The position numbers were made by a program, and so were the translations under genes. DNA of 64,000 nt, from contig CP122380.1 of NCBI GenBank assembly GCA_024650005.2, positions 416,001 through 480,000 on the forward strand, in the 5' to 3' direction. Below the pieces are notes generated by a model that was given only the letters and a program-made list of their open reading frames with translations, ran no database searches and was not told the DNA's origin. Numbering within the stretch: position 1 is the stretch's first letter; each line of letters starts with the position of its first letter. Below are positions 9,787 to 19,317 of this stretch, one piece after another. This stretch comes from Candidatus Bathyarchaeum tardum (lineage in GTDB: Archaea > Thermoproteota > Bathyarchaeia > Bathyarchaeales > Bathyarchaeaceae).

Positions 9787-12087
9787 CTACTTTTTTGTTG
9801 TGTAAATTGAAGCTCCGTTGTTTGAGTAGATTTTGTCTAATGCTGGGGTCGCGGGAATTGTTGAGACTATTCTTTGGGTGTCTACTGCTACGAATCTGAT
9901 GTTGTTTTCTTCAATGTATGTGAGGAAATCTCGTGCATAAAGGGGAACTTCTGTTTGGTAATCAAACTTGTTTATGAGTTCTTGGAGGGACCACCTTTCA
10001 ATTTCCTCGTCTTGAAAAGCGTGAACAAGAATTGTGTATGATGCTTCTTTTATTTCGTTTTGTGTAATGTTTTCGTAGTAATAGGTGAGCCGCACGGCGT
10101 CGATGAATTTGTTTTCCAGAGCGCCTATATTGCACCAGTTTGGAGGCTGCTTGGTTATTTCAAAACCTGCAATTATGCCGTTTGTTGGGTCAAGAACCGC
10201 CAACCTATTTTCGCTTAGTATATCGGGACCTGCTATTAGTGCCCAGTTTTCTTCAGTGTCTCCAAACTCAGGAATATCCCATGGGTTTTCCCAGTCAATA
10301 ACGTTGGGAATAAACACTTCTTTAAAGTCAAGGGACAAATCAAAAAAGTGTGCAACAGCCAGTCTTGTTTTTGCAAAGTCTTGGTGAGTTAAAAAATCCC
10401 AGTGTACATCGATTAAAGTGTTGGTGCTTTGAACTGTAACTGTTTTTGTTATGGTAAACAGTTCATGGTTATATTCAGTGACTAATTGAGCTTTGTCTGT
10501 GGTGTTCAGGGTCCAATAAACTGATATTTGAGTTTCAGAAAACGGAATTGACACCCACTCTTGGGCATCATTTAAATACCTGAATTCTTCCTCGCTGTTA
10601 GGCATGCTCAGGACTCGTTTCCAAATGTTATAGTTTGAAACATGGATTTCTTGTCCAGAGCTGGGACTTACTATGTCATATTCTCGGGTTGAAGTAACTG
10701 TGTTTTCCATTTCATAGAAACTATACAATACCGATTCTGCAACGACCGACCTAGATGACATGGGATCAACTTCTTGGATCGTGGAAATATCCGTAAATGC
10801 ATAGAACCAACTTCCTGGGCTTCGTGATGTGACTGCTGTGCCTCCTAGTGAAACTGTATGTTCTTTTACCCACAGTCCAGCGCTGTAACTGGGGATGGAG
10901 GCTCGTTGATAATATTCTGGGTATGTATCAAGCCTTTCAACAAAAAGCATTCCTTGAACAACCAATAAAGAACAGATTGATATGATAACGATGATTTTTG
11001 TTATCTCGATTGTTTGTATGTTTTTTACAAATTTTGACAAGACAAACGATTCTAATAGTGTGGGGATTTTTGTGATAAGAAAATAGGTTGCTATTCCACA
11101 AAGAATGGCTATTGGTGTAGCGAAAAAGCTAACGAATCTGCCGTATGGCAGTTGTATTCCAATATGGAAAGATTGGGACCAAAAAACTGGAACTGCAAGC
11201 CAGAAAACTAACAGCACGGAATCTTTGAGGGTCTTTTTTTTCCAAAGTATATAAAACATAATGGGTATGCCAATTATTGCTAGGGGTATAGTTGTTCCAA
11301 AATTTTTGAGCAAGTTTTCAAGACCAACTAAAGGGATTTGGTAATAATTTTCAGTTGAAGAATAAAAAACATAATCGATTATAATGTCAGCGTAATCGAT
11401 TATGACTTGTGCATACCACGCCAGTAAGGCTAATCCGCCGCCAATAATCACTGCAAAAAAGGTGAAAAACCGTTTTTTGGAGCCTATGGAGTTAAGCAAG
11501 AAAACTGGGATAAACATAAAAACAAAAACGAAAGCAGTTAATTGATGGGCTAACCCTAGGGTGAAGGATCCTAAAAACAGCAAAAACAGTTTGGGTTTTG
11601 TTTTGATTTCTTTGGTCATTATATAAAAAATGAATGCAATGTATGCCAGTCCCATGAGGTTGGCGTAGCCTCCCCAAAAAACCATTTCAGACAGTGGAAC
11701 CGACAAAATTACAAAAAGTGATGCTACTACTGCAGTGCCTATTCCAAAAATTTTTCGTGCTAACAGATATACAGACAAGAGAGCCAATACATTGAATGTT
11801 GCGATTAATAGTTTTAGTATGAATGCTGCAACCATCACGTCCATGGTGCCTGCAAAAATTTGTAAAATTGCAAGTATTGTATGGAAGAATGGTGGATACC
11901 ATGCGACTTCGCTGTAGCTGATTTTTTCATCTAATATGATTTGTTTTGATTTTGCTAGGTGCACAGCGGGGTCATTTCCGGGTAGGACTCCAGTTGTGGA
12001 TAGTTCATATACTGTGACCGTGAACAGTGTGGTGACTGCGATAAGAACGAAAACCATTTCGATGGTAGAAAATTTTGGTTTTTTCAT
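9787..12087 (-). CDS. GT-C-fold (STT3/AglB/PMT-like) multi-pass membrane glycosyltransferase with large external C-terminal domain
   Basis: About a dozen TM segments; GNDPAVH in first loop, YPPFFH, WGGYAN; soluble C-terminal half; paralog of 12696..14894. Confidence 0.65.
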   Translation of the reverse strand: MKKPKFSTIEMVFVLIAVTTLFTVTVYELSTTGVLPGNDPAVHLAKSKQIILDEKISYSEVAWYPPFFHTILAILQIFAGTMDVMVAAFILKLLIATFNVLALLSVYLLARKIFGIGTAVVASLFVILSVPLSEMVFWGGYANLMGLAYIAFIFYIMTKEIKTKPKLFLLFLGSFTLGLAHQLTAFVFVFMFIPVFLLNSIGSKKRFFTFFAVIIGGGLALLAWYAQVIIDYADIIIDYVFYSSTENYYQIPLVGLENLLKNFGTTIPLAIIGIPIMFYILWKKKTLKDSVLLVFWLAVPVFWSQSFHIGIQLPYGRFVSFFATPIAILCGIATYFLITKIPTLLESFVLSKFVKNIQTIEITKIIVIISICSLLVVQGMLFVERLDTYPEYYQRASIPSYSAGLWVKEHTVSLGGTAVTSRSPGSWFYAFTDISTIQEVDPMSSRSVVAESVLYSFYEMENTVTSTREYDIVSPSSGQEIHVSNYNIWKRVLSMPNSEEEFRYLNDAQEWVSIPFSETQISVYWTLNTTDKAQLVTEYNHELFTITKTVTVQSTNTLIDVHWDFLTHQDFAKTRLAVAHFFDLSLDFKEVFIPNVIDWENPWDIPEFGDTEENWALIAGPDILSENRLAVLDPTNGIIAGFEITKQPPNWCNIGALENKFIDAVRLTYYYENITQNEIKEASYTILVHAFQDEEIERWSLQELINKFDYQTEVPLYARDFLTYIEENNIRFVAVDTQRIVSTIPATPALDKIYSNNGASIYTTKK

Positions 12088-12290
12088 TAATTATCCTCCA
12101 CAACATGTCGTGATGATTATGTGTAAGTGAATTTAGAATATAAAAACATCCAATCATTGGGAAGATGCATTTTGGATGTTTTATTTGGGAATATATCGGT
12201 TTACGTAAATAATTCAGATTTTCTAATAGTAAGTTCCTAGAAACTTTGCTTTTTAATGCTTCTTGTCTCTTTAGAGTTGAGGTTAAAGTC

Positions 12291-12500
12291 ATGAATCATC
12301 TGTTTTGTGATTGTTGTGGAGATGCCGTTACAGCGGTCTACCCCTGTAAGTTTGAGTTTCATGACAAATTAACCTGCGATTTTAACATTTGCCTCGATTG
12401 TATGGACAATGGAATATTAAGAATTAATCTCAAACGTAAAAGGCTTGTTTCCCAAATCAAGTTTAAGCTTGCAAAACGCAACAAAAAAGCCAGTCAATAA
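12291..12500 (+). CDS. Small Cys-rich protein (69 aa, CxxC...CxxC, basic tail), possible zinc finger
   Basis: SD GAGGT 7 nt before ATG at 12291; sequence MNHLFCDCCG...ICLDCM...KRKR..KRNKK. Confidence 0.55.
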   Translation: MNHLFCDCCGDAVTAVYPCKFEFHDKLTCDFNICLDCMDNGILRINLKRKRLVSQIKFKLAKRNKKASQ

Positions 12501-12695
12501 AATTTGACTAGATGTTCAGGATGCAGAACAAAGTGTTCTAATCCATGGAACTAAATCTAGCGTAGATACAGTATAACTGGAATGGGGTGCATGTGATGCT
12601 GTGTTCGATAAAACATGTGAGCATAAACGAACTGGATGAACTAGTTGAAACTATTGCTCGCACAAATCTTAAATCTGCTAGGAGTTAAAGCCGTT

Positions 12696-14894
12696 TCATT
12701 TTGTTACTTCGAAAACAGCCACATGCCCACAATTCAACACTAATCTGTAACGGGAATCTTGGGCAAACTTCATGTACAACGATTCATCCCTACATGCCAC
12801 ATAAGAAACATCAAACTCTTCAAGCATGTCTGAGTATTTCCAAACAGTAACTGGCTCTTCGTAATCTTCTGACACTCCTAACAGATCAGTTTCATGGTCA
12901 TCTAAATAGTTTGAAAAGTGGTGATAGACTGTATTTTTTAGGTCAAAAACGCTGACAAATATTTTTGCTGTTATACTTGAGTTTTGTGTGCTGTATTCTA
13001 GATAGCATGTTTTGTCGCTCATTTCACTTGCTTGAACTGCTAAATCCAAAACCACTTGTCCCCCTACTTGTTCATATCCATTGAAAACCCCAATTCTCTT
13101 TTTTGAAGTTTCTGTTATATTCATGAATATTGGCTCATCTGATGTCGTATTCATGGTAAGACCTAAACCAAAAACGTCAATTTCATCGCTTTGAACATCA
13201 TATTTTAGTTCTGCAAATTTTGCACCTTTTTCCAGTTTAACAGTTTTTGTTACAGTAAACTCCTCGTTTTCGTAGATTGTTGTTAGAACTGCCAAGTTTT
13301 CATCGTATTCAATTGTGTTTTGGTCAATTTGCATTTCTGTTAGGCTTATGTTTTGATGGTTAGATTGGATTACTATTCGGTTGTTTTCAAAAAATATCAA
13401 CTCAACAGATTCTCCTGCCCATTTTTCATAAATGAATACCGGGTTGTGGCGGGACTGGTATGGTCCATCTTCGTTAATTTGAATGAACCCGTTGTTGATT
13501 TGATAGTTCGTATTGAGTATCAGATAGGCGACTTTTGCTATTTCCAGTTCGTGGGAGTATATCAAAAATTCTAAACCTGCTGCACTCAGGGTTGGGCGTT
13601 GGCTGATTCCTGAAAGCCACCATCCCATGAAGTGATCTGCTACCATGACTGAGCCTTCGGGTGTGTTAAGGGCAATCCAGTGCAGTGTTGTTACTTCGGG
13701 TTGTTTTATTGCTGTGTAATAGTCTGCTGTACTCTTTGTATCCTTTGGGTATATGGACCACGATGAAGCTGTTATGAAAACAAAAATTGCTACAACAAAG
13801 GTTACTGTTGGAAGAATTTTTTTAATTTTTTTCCATCGAATTTTTGGGCACCAGTTTATGGCGAGGGTGGTGCATCTGTTCAGGTACATCAGTCCTGCAG
13901 AGATGATGATTATTCCTGGAAAGTCGATAAAATACGTGAACCGTGAGTAGTCGGTGTAGATTCCAAACAAGTGTCCTTGAGTCATAACTATGGGTACCAA
14001 GAACCATGCAAACAGTAGCAGGCTGGATTTATCTATCCACCGATTTCTGCTGTATTTTAACATTAACAGTGCCGGAATTAAAACAATAATTAACAGCAAG
14101 ATTATTGGCTCTATTGTGTGGTTTGCTATGATTATGCTTTTGTTTTCTAGTCCTCCTGTTAATGCGCCTTCAGTGGATGCACTCAAGTAAAAGTTGATAA
14201 CTCGCATTATCCATGGTGAAACTAAAACAATTCCTGCCCCTAGGGTAATCATAAAAAATTTTAGCATGTTTTGGATTTGCATTTTTTCTAGTTTACACAG
14301 TTTTCCTACTATCAAGAAAATTAGGTAAACTACCAAGATTGGTATAAACACGGACAAACTGAAGGTGTGAGTTAGTATCAAAACTCCTGATAATATTCCG
14401 CCGATTATCAGGTGTTTGTTTGTAGGGTTGTCGTTTTCTCTGAGGAACACGTAAAAAATGATTATTATTAGCGAAAGAGAAATTATGTTTGTGTATCCTC
14501 CCCAGCTTATCATTTCAAAGCTTAAGGTAGAAATGGATGCGAAAAAGGCTGCGATGTACCCAGCGTTGGGGGTTTTCCACATTCGTTTTGCTACACAGTA
14601 TGCTGGAAAAACTATGATGGCGCTAAAAAATATGGCAGTAACAATCTCTGCAAGTATTACTGGCATTCCTGAAAACAGCATTAACGTGGAAACAAAAAAA
14701 TGAAAACCCACCGGAGTCGCCAAAGGCTGGCCTCCCATGTGGTACGAGTTCCATTCGGGCAATGTTCCATTTTCCAGAATCAAGTTGATTATGCTACCAT
14801 GAAACCCAATATCTGAACTTGGCGGATACTCATTATGAAAAATTGCTGCTGCCCTAAAAGCCAAAGAGAAACAAAAAATCGTAAACAACAGCAA
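12696..14894 (-). CDS. GT-C-fold membrane glycosyltransferase, paralog 2 (start uncertain)
   Basis: SSDIGFH, TPVGFH, WGGYTN and GWWLSG motifs; same architecture as 9787..12087. Confidence 0.65.
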   Translation of the reverse strand: MLLFTIFCFSLAFRAAAIFHNEYPPSSDIGFHGSIINLILENGTLPEWNSYHMGGQPLATPVGFHFFVSTLMLFSGMPVILAEIVTAIFFSAIIVFPAYCVAKRMWKTPNAGYIAAFFASISTLSFEMISWGGYTNIISLSLIIIIFYVFLRENDNPTNKHLIIGGILSGVLILTHTFSLSVFIPILVVYLIFLIVGKLCKLEKMQIQNMLKFFMITLGAGIVLVSPWIMRVINFYLSASTEGALTGGLENKSIIIANHTIEPIILLLIIVLIPALLMLKYSRNRWIDKSSLLLFAWFLVPIVMTQGHLFGIYTDYSRFTYFIDFPGIIIISAGLMYLNRCTTLAINWCPKIRWKKIKKILPTVTFVVAIFVFITASSWSIYPKDTKSTADYYTAIKQPEVTTLHWIALNTPEGSVMVADHFMGWWLSGISQRPTLSAAGLEFLIYSHELEIAKVAYLILNTNYQINNGFIQINEDGPYQSRHNPVFIYEKWAGESVELIFFENNRIVIQSNHQNISLTEMQIDQNTIEYDENLAVLTTIYENEEFTVTKTVKLEKGAKFAELKYDVQSDEIDVFGLGLTMNTTSDEPIFMNITETSKKRIGVFNGYEQVGGQVVLDLAVQASEMSDKTCYLEYSTQNSSITAKIFVSVFDLKNTVYHHFSNYLDDHETDLLGVSEDYEEPVTVWKYSDMLEEFDVSYVACRDESLYMKFAQDSRYRLVLNCGHVAVFEVTK

Positions 14895-15037
14895 AAGACC
14901 CTTATGCTTCGTATTAAACCACCAACGTAACTACTGAATACCCATTATTTAGCATATTTTTAAATAATGACGTTTTCCACCAAGTCTGCCTGAGGCTCCT
15001 TTAAGTTTGAAGGATACTGCACAACTCGGTTGATAAC

Positions 15038-15778
15038 CTATAACATAACAGCAAGCAACATAATCAGCACAACAACCCTTGTAATTTCATGGGTTGCCCC
15101 CATCACATCACCTGTAACACTTTCCAAGGTTTTGTTAGAGAATGTTGTCAAAACCCCCACAGAGATTCCCATGGCAGCAATGACCACAGCAAACCAAATT
15201 CCAACCAAAACAAACCCAACAACTGAACACAAAAACACCGAAGCAAGAGCTTTAGCGTGCTTGTTTTCCATTGCCTCGACCACGTAATAGCCTGAACCCT
15301 TGTAATCAGGTTTTTTGCCTAAGTAAGCCATTAAAACCATGCTTTCTTTTGCTAAAGTTTCTGCGACTATGGCAACTTTTAGAATATTCAAACCCGAAAA
15401 ACTACCAAAGGACAATCCCGCCAAAATCACAACAATGACCCCTGAGGTTACTGCTGCTGCTCCTGTAAACATGTCATGCATAATTTCTAACCGTTTCTTG
15501 GTGTCTCCTCGCGCCATGGCTGCGTCACTGAAATCTAACAGTCCGTCCATGTGATGAAAACCTGTTAGCAACTCTAGAATAACTAACACAAAAAAACCGC
15601 AAATCATTTGGGGCAAAAACATGTTTGCCAAATAACCAAAGCCTCCCGCAATGGCTCCAAGAACTAGACCTACTATGGGCGCCAAAAAAAAATACTTAGA
15701 CAGGGCTTCCATGGACTCCATTCCTATGGGTAAAATTGTCAAAAAACCAAATAATCCTTTTAACCCTTTGATTATCAA
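15038..15778 (-). CDS. cobS: Cobamide (adenosylcobinamide-GDP ribazoletransferase) synthase, copy 1
   Basis: FGFLTILP, TGFHHMDGLLDFSDA, RLEIMHD and VTGDVMGATHE motifs. Confidence 0.9.
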   Translation of the reverse strand: MIIKGLKGLFGFLTILPIGMESMEALSKYFFLAPIVGLVLGAIAGGFGYLANMFLPQMICGFFVLVILELLTGFHHMDGLLDFSDAAMARGDTKKRLEIMHDMFTGAAAVTSGVIVVILAGLSFGSFSGLNILKVAIVAETLAKESMVLMAYLGKKPDYKGSGYYVVEAMENKHAKALASVFLCSVVGFVLVGIWFAVVIAAMGISVGVLTTFSNKTLESVTGDVMGATHEITRVVVLIMLLAVML

Positions 15779-15892
15779 AAGCTTAACTCCTTTGATGCAT
15801 ACGGTTTGGTGAAAAGAATCTATTCAACAGTTCTCTTTTAATGTTGCCCAACAAAACACCATAATTTTTATTATAATAATGACATTTCGACA

Positions 15893-15903
15893 AAAAGCTT
15901 ATA
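15893..15903 (+). promoter_or_regulatory. BRE-TATA promoter of the corrinoid protein/mtrH operon
   Basis: AAAAGCTTATA ~53 nt upstream of ATG 15956; the same AAAGCTTAWA core occurs at 47168 (+) and 19143 (-). Confidence 0.55.
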
Positions 15904-15955
15904 CGCGTGTCTATCCATAAAGCCCTCGTTATTCAACCAAAAGGATGGAAATCTT

Positions 15956-16384
15956 ATGTCTTGGTTAAAATCTATGATGGAAAAAGAACCGGCAGAATCT
16001 GAAAACCCAATTGGAATTGTAGTAATCGGCACACTAGACCCCGACGTGCACTTAACCCCTAAAGAAATGGTAAGAAAATCACTCACCAAAGCCGAATTCA
16101 AATGTTACGACGTAGGCAAAAAAGCACCTGCAGCTGACTTTGTAAGCAAAGCAAAAGAAGTCAACGCAGACATCATTGCAGTATCAATCAATACTGCACC
16201 AGCAAAAAACAACCTACCTGACTTAATGTCACAAATTGAAGCCGCAGGTCTCAAAGGCAAAGTTATAATTATGATTGGCGGCGCAGCAGTAGACGAAGAC
16301 GACGCAGAAGAAATCGGTGCACTATTCGGTGAAACTCGAGAAGAAGCCGTAGCCATCGCCAAAAAAGCAATGGCATCCAAATAA
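15956..16384 (+). CDS. Stand-alone B12-binding (corrinoid) protein lacking the four-helix cap
   Basis: VVIGTLDPDVHLTP (DxHxxG variant), ADIIAVS, IMIGGAAV and AEEIGA match the Rossmann B12 domain of MtaC/MtbC-type proteins. Confidence 0.85.
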   Translation: MSWLKSMMEKEPAESENPIGIVVIGTLDPDVHLTPKEMVRKSLTKAEFKCYDVGKKAPAADFVSKAKEVNADIIAVSINTAPAKNNLPDLMSQIEAAGLKGKVIIMIGGAAVDEDDAEEIGALFGETREEAVAIAKKAMASK

Positions 16385-16407
16385 GCTCGACGGAAACTTC
16401 GTCGAGT
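16385..16407 (+). promoter_or_regulatory. Intercistronic 10-bp hairpin between corrinoid protein and mtrH-like gene
   Basis: GCTCGACGGA-AAC-TTCGTCGAGT (8 Watson-Crick + 2 G-U pairs) in a 31-nt spacer. Confidence 0.5.
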
Positions 16408-16415
16408 AAACTAAA

Positions 16416-17345
16416 GTGAGCAAGAAAATGTTCAGATTCGAAAGAACACAAAAAATTGTTGAAGCTGGCGGTATCAAACTCGGTGGACAGCCCGGAGAAT
16501 GTCCAACTGTTCTCACTGCTTCAATCTTTTACATTGGACAAAAAATAGTAACAGACAAAAAGCTAGGAACTTTCGACAAAGCCAAAGCTGAAGCACTCAT
16601 CAATAGGCTTGATGTGCTCTCTGATATGACAACCAACCCATTCATTGTGGACGTTGTCGGAACTTCAGTTGAATCTTTCCAAAGATACATTGAATTTGTT
16701 GCAAAAGTAACTGATGCTCCAATCCAAATTGACGCAATCAGCCCAAAACTCCGAATGGAAGCAATCAAATGGGCTGCAGAAGTTGGATTATCTCCACGAC
16801 TCATTAACAACTCTATCTACAAAGGCGTTAAAGACAAAGAACTCGAAAACCTAAAAGAATGTGGCGTAAAAGCTTCAATTGTCTTGTGTGACAACCCAAC
16901 AGATGATACTGTTGAAGGAAAGCTATCTGCACTGGAAGCGGCATTGCCTCTGGCTGAACAAGCTGGAATCGAAGGAATGCTCATTGACACATCCATGTCC
17001 GCATGGGGCATTGGTGTAGGTGCAGGTCTTCAAGCAATTAAAGTCATCAAAGAAAAATATGGTGACATCGGAGCCGTAGGAACTGGAATCGGAAACGTTT
17101 CCGACACACTCGGATGGGTTAAAGGGAATTTCTCAAAAGAAGTTAAGAAAGCAACTGACGCAGCACAAAACGCAATTCTGCCAATGATTGGTGCAGACTG
17201 GATTATGTTTGGTCCAATCGAATTCGCAGAATATGTATTTCCTGCTGTAGCTGTAATTGATACCTACATTCTAACTGCAACCGCAGACCTAGGAACACGG
17301 CCCCACGAAGAAGGCAAACACCCACTATTCAAACTAGTCGGTTAA
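16416..17345 (+). CDS. mtrH: MtrH/MtgA-family corrinoid:tetrahydropterin methyltransferase (probable start ATG 16428)
   Basis: MFRFERTQ..GGQPGECPTVL.ASIFY, FDKAKAEALI, NNSI, GADWIMFGPIE and HPLFKL; no other mtr subunits in the window. Confidence 0.85.
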   Translation: MSKKMFRFERTQKIVEAGGIKLGGQPGECPTVLTASIFYIGQKIVTDKKLGTFDKAKAEALINRLDVLSDMTTNPFIVDVVGTSVESFQRYIEFVAKVTDAPIQIDAISPKLRMEAIKWAAEVGLSPRLINNSIYKGVKDKELENLKECGVKASIVLCDNPTDDTVEGKLSALEAALPLAEQAGIEGMLIDTSMSAWGIGVGAGLQAIKVIKEKYGDIGAVGTGIGNVSDTLGWVKGNFSKEVKKATDAAQNAILPMIGADWIMFGPIEFAEYVFPAVAVIDTYILTATADLGTRPHEEGKHPLFKLVG

Positions 17346-17365
17346 GCCTAAACCAAAAATCTTCC

Positions 17366-17395
17366 AATGGGCTATTGCCCATTTTTTATTTTTTT
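17366..17395 (+). terminator. Hairpin + T-tract terminator after mtrH-like gene
   Basis: AATGGGC-TATT-GCCCATT followed by a long T tract. Confidence 0.65.
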
Positions 17396-17511
17396 AATAT
17401 AATTTTAGTTAATACTTTGGTCGTTTTCTCATGAATATTTTTTGAGTTTTTATTCTTTAGAAGAACTACTTTTTTATGTAAACTCGATGATAAGGAAAGG
17501 CTGGTGAACAA

Positions 17512-18081
17512 ATGACGCTACTGGAATCAGTAATCTTAGACGTTTTGGAAACCGATCAACCAGAAAACGTGGAACAGTTAGTTCGTATTGTTCAAAATCA
17601 AGTCGACGCGAGTCTAGATGAAATTAAAGCCGAAATCAAAAGACTCCACAAAAAAGGAATGGTTTCCCTCGAAGAGCCAAAAACGCCCAAACAAAACTTT
17701 GTACAATTTCTTTTTGCAAAAGATAATTACTGGTTCTGGATTATCATGGTTACCTCCATATTGACGTTTGCTTCTATTGTTTTGATTCCTGAAAACCAAG
17801 GTTTAGTATCTTACATACGATACGTGTTTGCTTTTGTTCTGGTAGCTTTCTTGCCTGGATACTGTTTAACAAAAACTTTGTTCCCCAAAAAAACAACATT
17901 GGACCCAATCGAAATAATCGTTTTTTCTATCGGACTAAGCTTTGCCCTTACAACATTAATGGGGCTCTTTTTGAGTTTTAGTTCAATTGGGTTAACTCTA
18001 GCAACAACCCTTCCTACTTTAACGGTTATTGTGGTTGTTTTGGCTATGTTGGCTTTACTAAGAACTTACAAAAAACAGTAA
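17512..18081 (+). CDS. DUF1616-like membrane protein with N-terminal winged-helix-like segment
   Basis: FLPGY..TLFP..LDPIEIIVFSIGLS motif; four TM helices; SD GGTGA. Confidence 0.65.
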   Translation: MTLLESVILDVLETDQPENVEQLVRIVQNQVDASLDEIKAEIKRLHKKGMVSLEEPKTPKQNFVQFLFAKDNYWFWIIMVTSILTFASIVLIPENQGLVSYIRYVFAFVLVAFLPGYCLTKTLFPKKTTLDPIEIIVFSIGLSFALTTLMGLFLSFSSIGLTLATTLPTLTVIVVVLAMLALLRTYKKQ

Positions 18082-18127
18082 CCAAGATTTCATTTTTACG
18101 AAATCTACAAAGTATCCTATTAGATTT

Positions 18128-18162
18128 AAAATAAAAAAAATAAAAGAAAGGCCGAAGCCTCT
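18128..18162 (-). terminator. UUCG hairpin + T-tract terminator
   Basis: Minus strand reads AGAGGC-TTCG-GCCTTT then CTTTTATTTTTTTT, just downstream of 18186..19094. Confidence 0.65.
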
Positions 18163-18185
18163 GGTTAAAACACTTGGTTGTTTAC

Positions 18186-19094
18186 TTAGAACAAACTGTC
18201 CCATCTGTTAAACAGATCGAGAGCTGGTTGTCCACCGTAGTCACTTAGCGAGTCTCTATATTCGCCTTTTTCTGTTACTGCTTTCTGGAATTTGACCATG
18301 TTATCTGCAACGTCTGCAAGATAGATGATGCCGTCAATTCCAGTTCGCATTACACGAACAGAAAGTCTGATCAAGTGTTCGGTTGTTGGACAGTTGTTTG
18401 GATCGTCGCCTGGGCCACATACGTAAACGTTAGAATATACTGGTTTTTCTGGGAAGATTCTCCTGAAAGCGCGTGCAAGCATTTCCCAATACCATGAAGT
18501 TGCATAGTTCTGAGAGAACATTACAATGTTGAATGCGTCACAGATTTTGTATAGTTCTTTAAAGTCCATACCAAAGCGTTGGTCTGCGTTTGCTGGGTCA
18601 GGTAGAACTGCTAGTACTAGTTTGGTTTTTACACGTTCTTTTACGTCTTTGATGAATTCTGTGATTGTTTGGTTGCGCCATTCGAACCATTCAAGTCCGC
18701 TTTCTTTCCAGAGTTTGTTGCATCGTTCACAGGTGCAGTGTCCGTGGTCAGCAAAGTGCCAGCTGTTCAAGAAGATTGGCTGGTTTGTTGCTTCTACTGT
18801 TTTCTGTATGTAGTCTAGTTGTTCTTCTCTAAATTCTGGAACTGTGGGGCACAAAACGTCCCAGTGTAGGTTATATTGATTGTTTCCTCGTACTCCTCGT
18901 CCACGTGCTGATTCAGAAACCCATTCTGGGTGAGCACGACCAGTTACGTTGTCGCCGAAAACTGCAATGTTGTTCCACATGTCATTTTGTGGGGTTCCGC
19001 GTCGTCCTGTTTCTGGTTTCAGTCGGTACACATCAAAGTCGAATCCTTCAACCTTCTTTGGTTCATAAAGGTAATTGCCGAATTCCATCCTCAT
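18186..19094 (-). CDS. Uncharacterised glycoside-hydrolase-like barrel protein with WDxxC + CxCxxC motif, paralog 1
   Basis: WDVLC, HFADHGHCTCERC, EWRNQTITEF and PDP..RFGMDF, shared with 19318..20220 and 22335..23225. Confidence 0.7.
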   Translation of the reverse strand: MRMEFGNYLYEPKKVEGFDFDVYRLKPETGRRGTPQNDMWNNIAVFGDNVTGRAHPEWVSESARGRGVRGNNQYNLHWDVLCPTVPEFREEQLDYIQKTVEATNQPIFLNSWHFADHGHCTCERCNKLWKESGLEWFEWRNQTITEFIKDVKERVKTKLVLAVLPDPANADQRFGMDFKELYKICDAFNIVMFSQNYATSWYWEMLARAFRRIFPEKPVYSNVYVCGPGDDPNNCPTTEHLIRLSVRVMRTGIDGIIYLADVADNMVKFQKAVTEKGEYRDSLSDYGGQPALDLFNRWDSLF

Positions 19095-19288
19095 TCCTCG
19101 TTTTAAAACTGCAAAATACTTCGATGCAGATTATATAAGCTTTGCTTCATTACCCAAAAACTTTGCAACATCAAAGTTCTAGAACTAAACTAGGCATGTT
19201 TTCCTATTATCGATGTAAATGTCAAAAAATTAACTACCTTTTCAGTGTTGCAGTCTAGAGAATTGATTTTTTTTAAAAAAATATTGCA

Positions 19289-19311
19289 AGTGTGCAAAAA
19301 ATGTGCACACT
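19289..19311 (-). terminator. Hairpin terminator after barrel paralog 2
   Basis: 8-bp stem AGTGTGCA/TGCACACT, with a T tract a few nt downstream on the minus strand. Confidence 0.5.
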
Positions 19312-19317
19312 ACAGTT

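Noticed and set aside
16416-17345. Evidence for methanogenesis (Mtr complex)
   Set aside because: Only the soluble MtrH-like subunit is present; there is no mtrA-G or mcr in the window.
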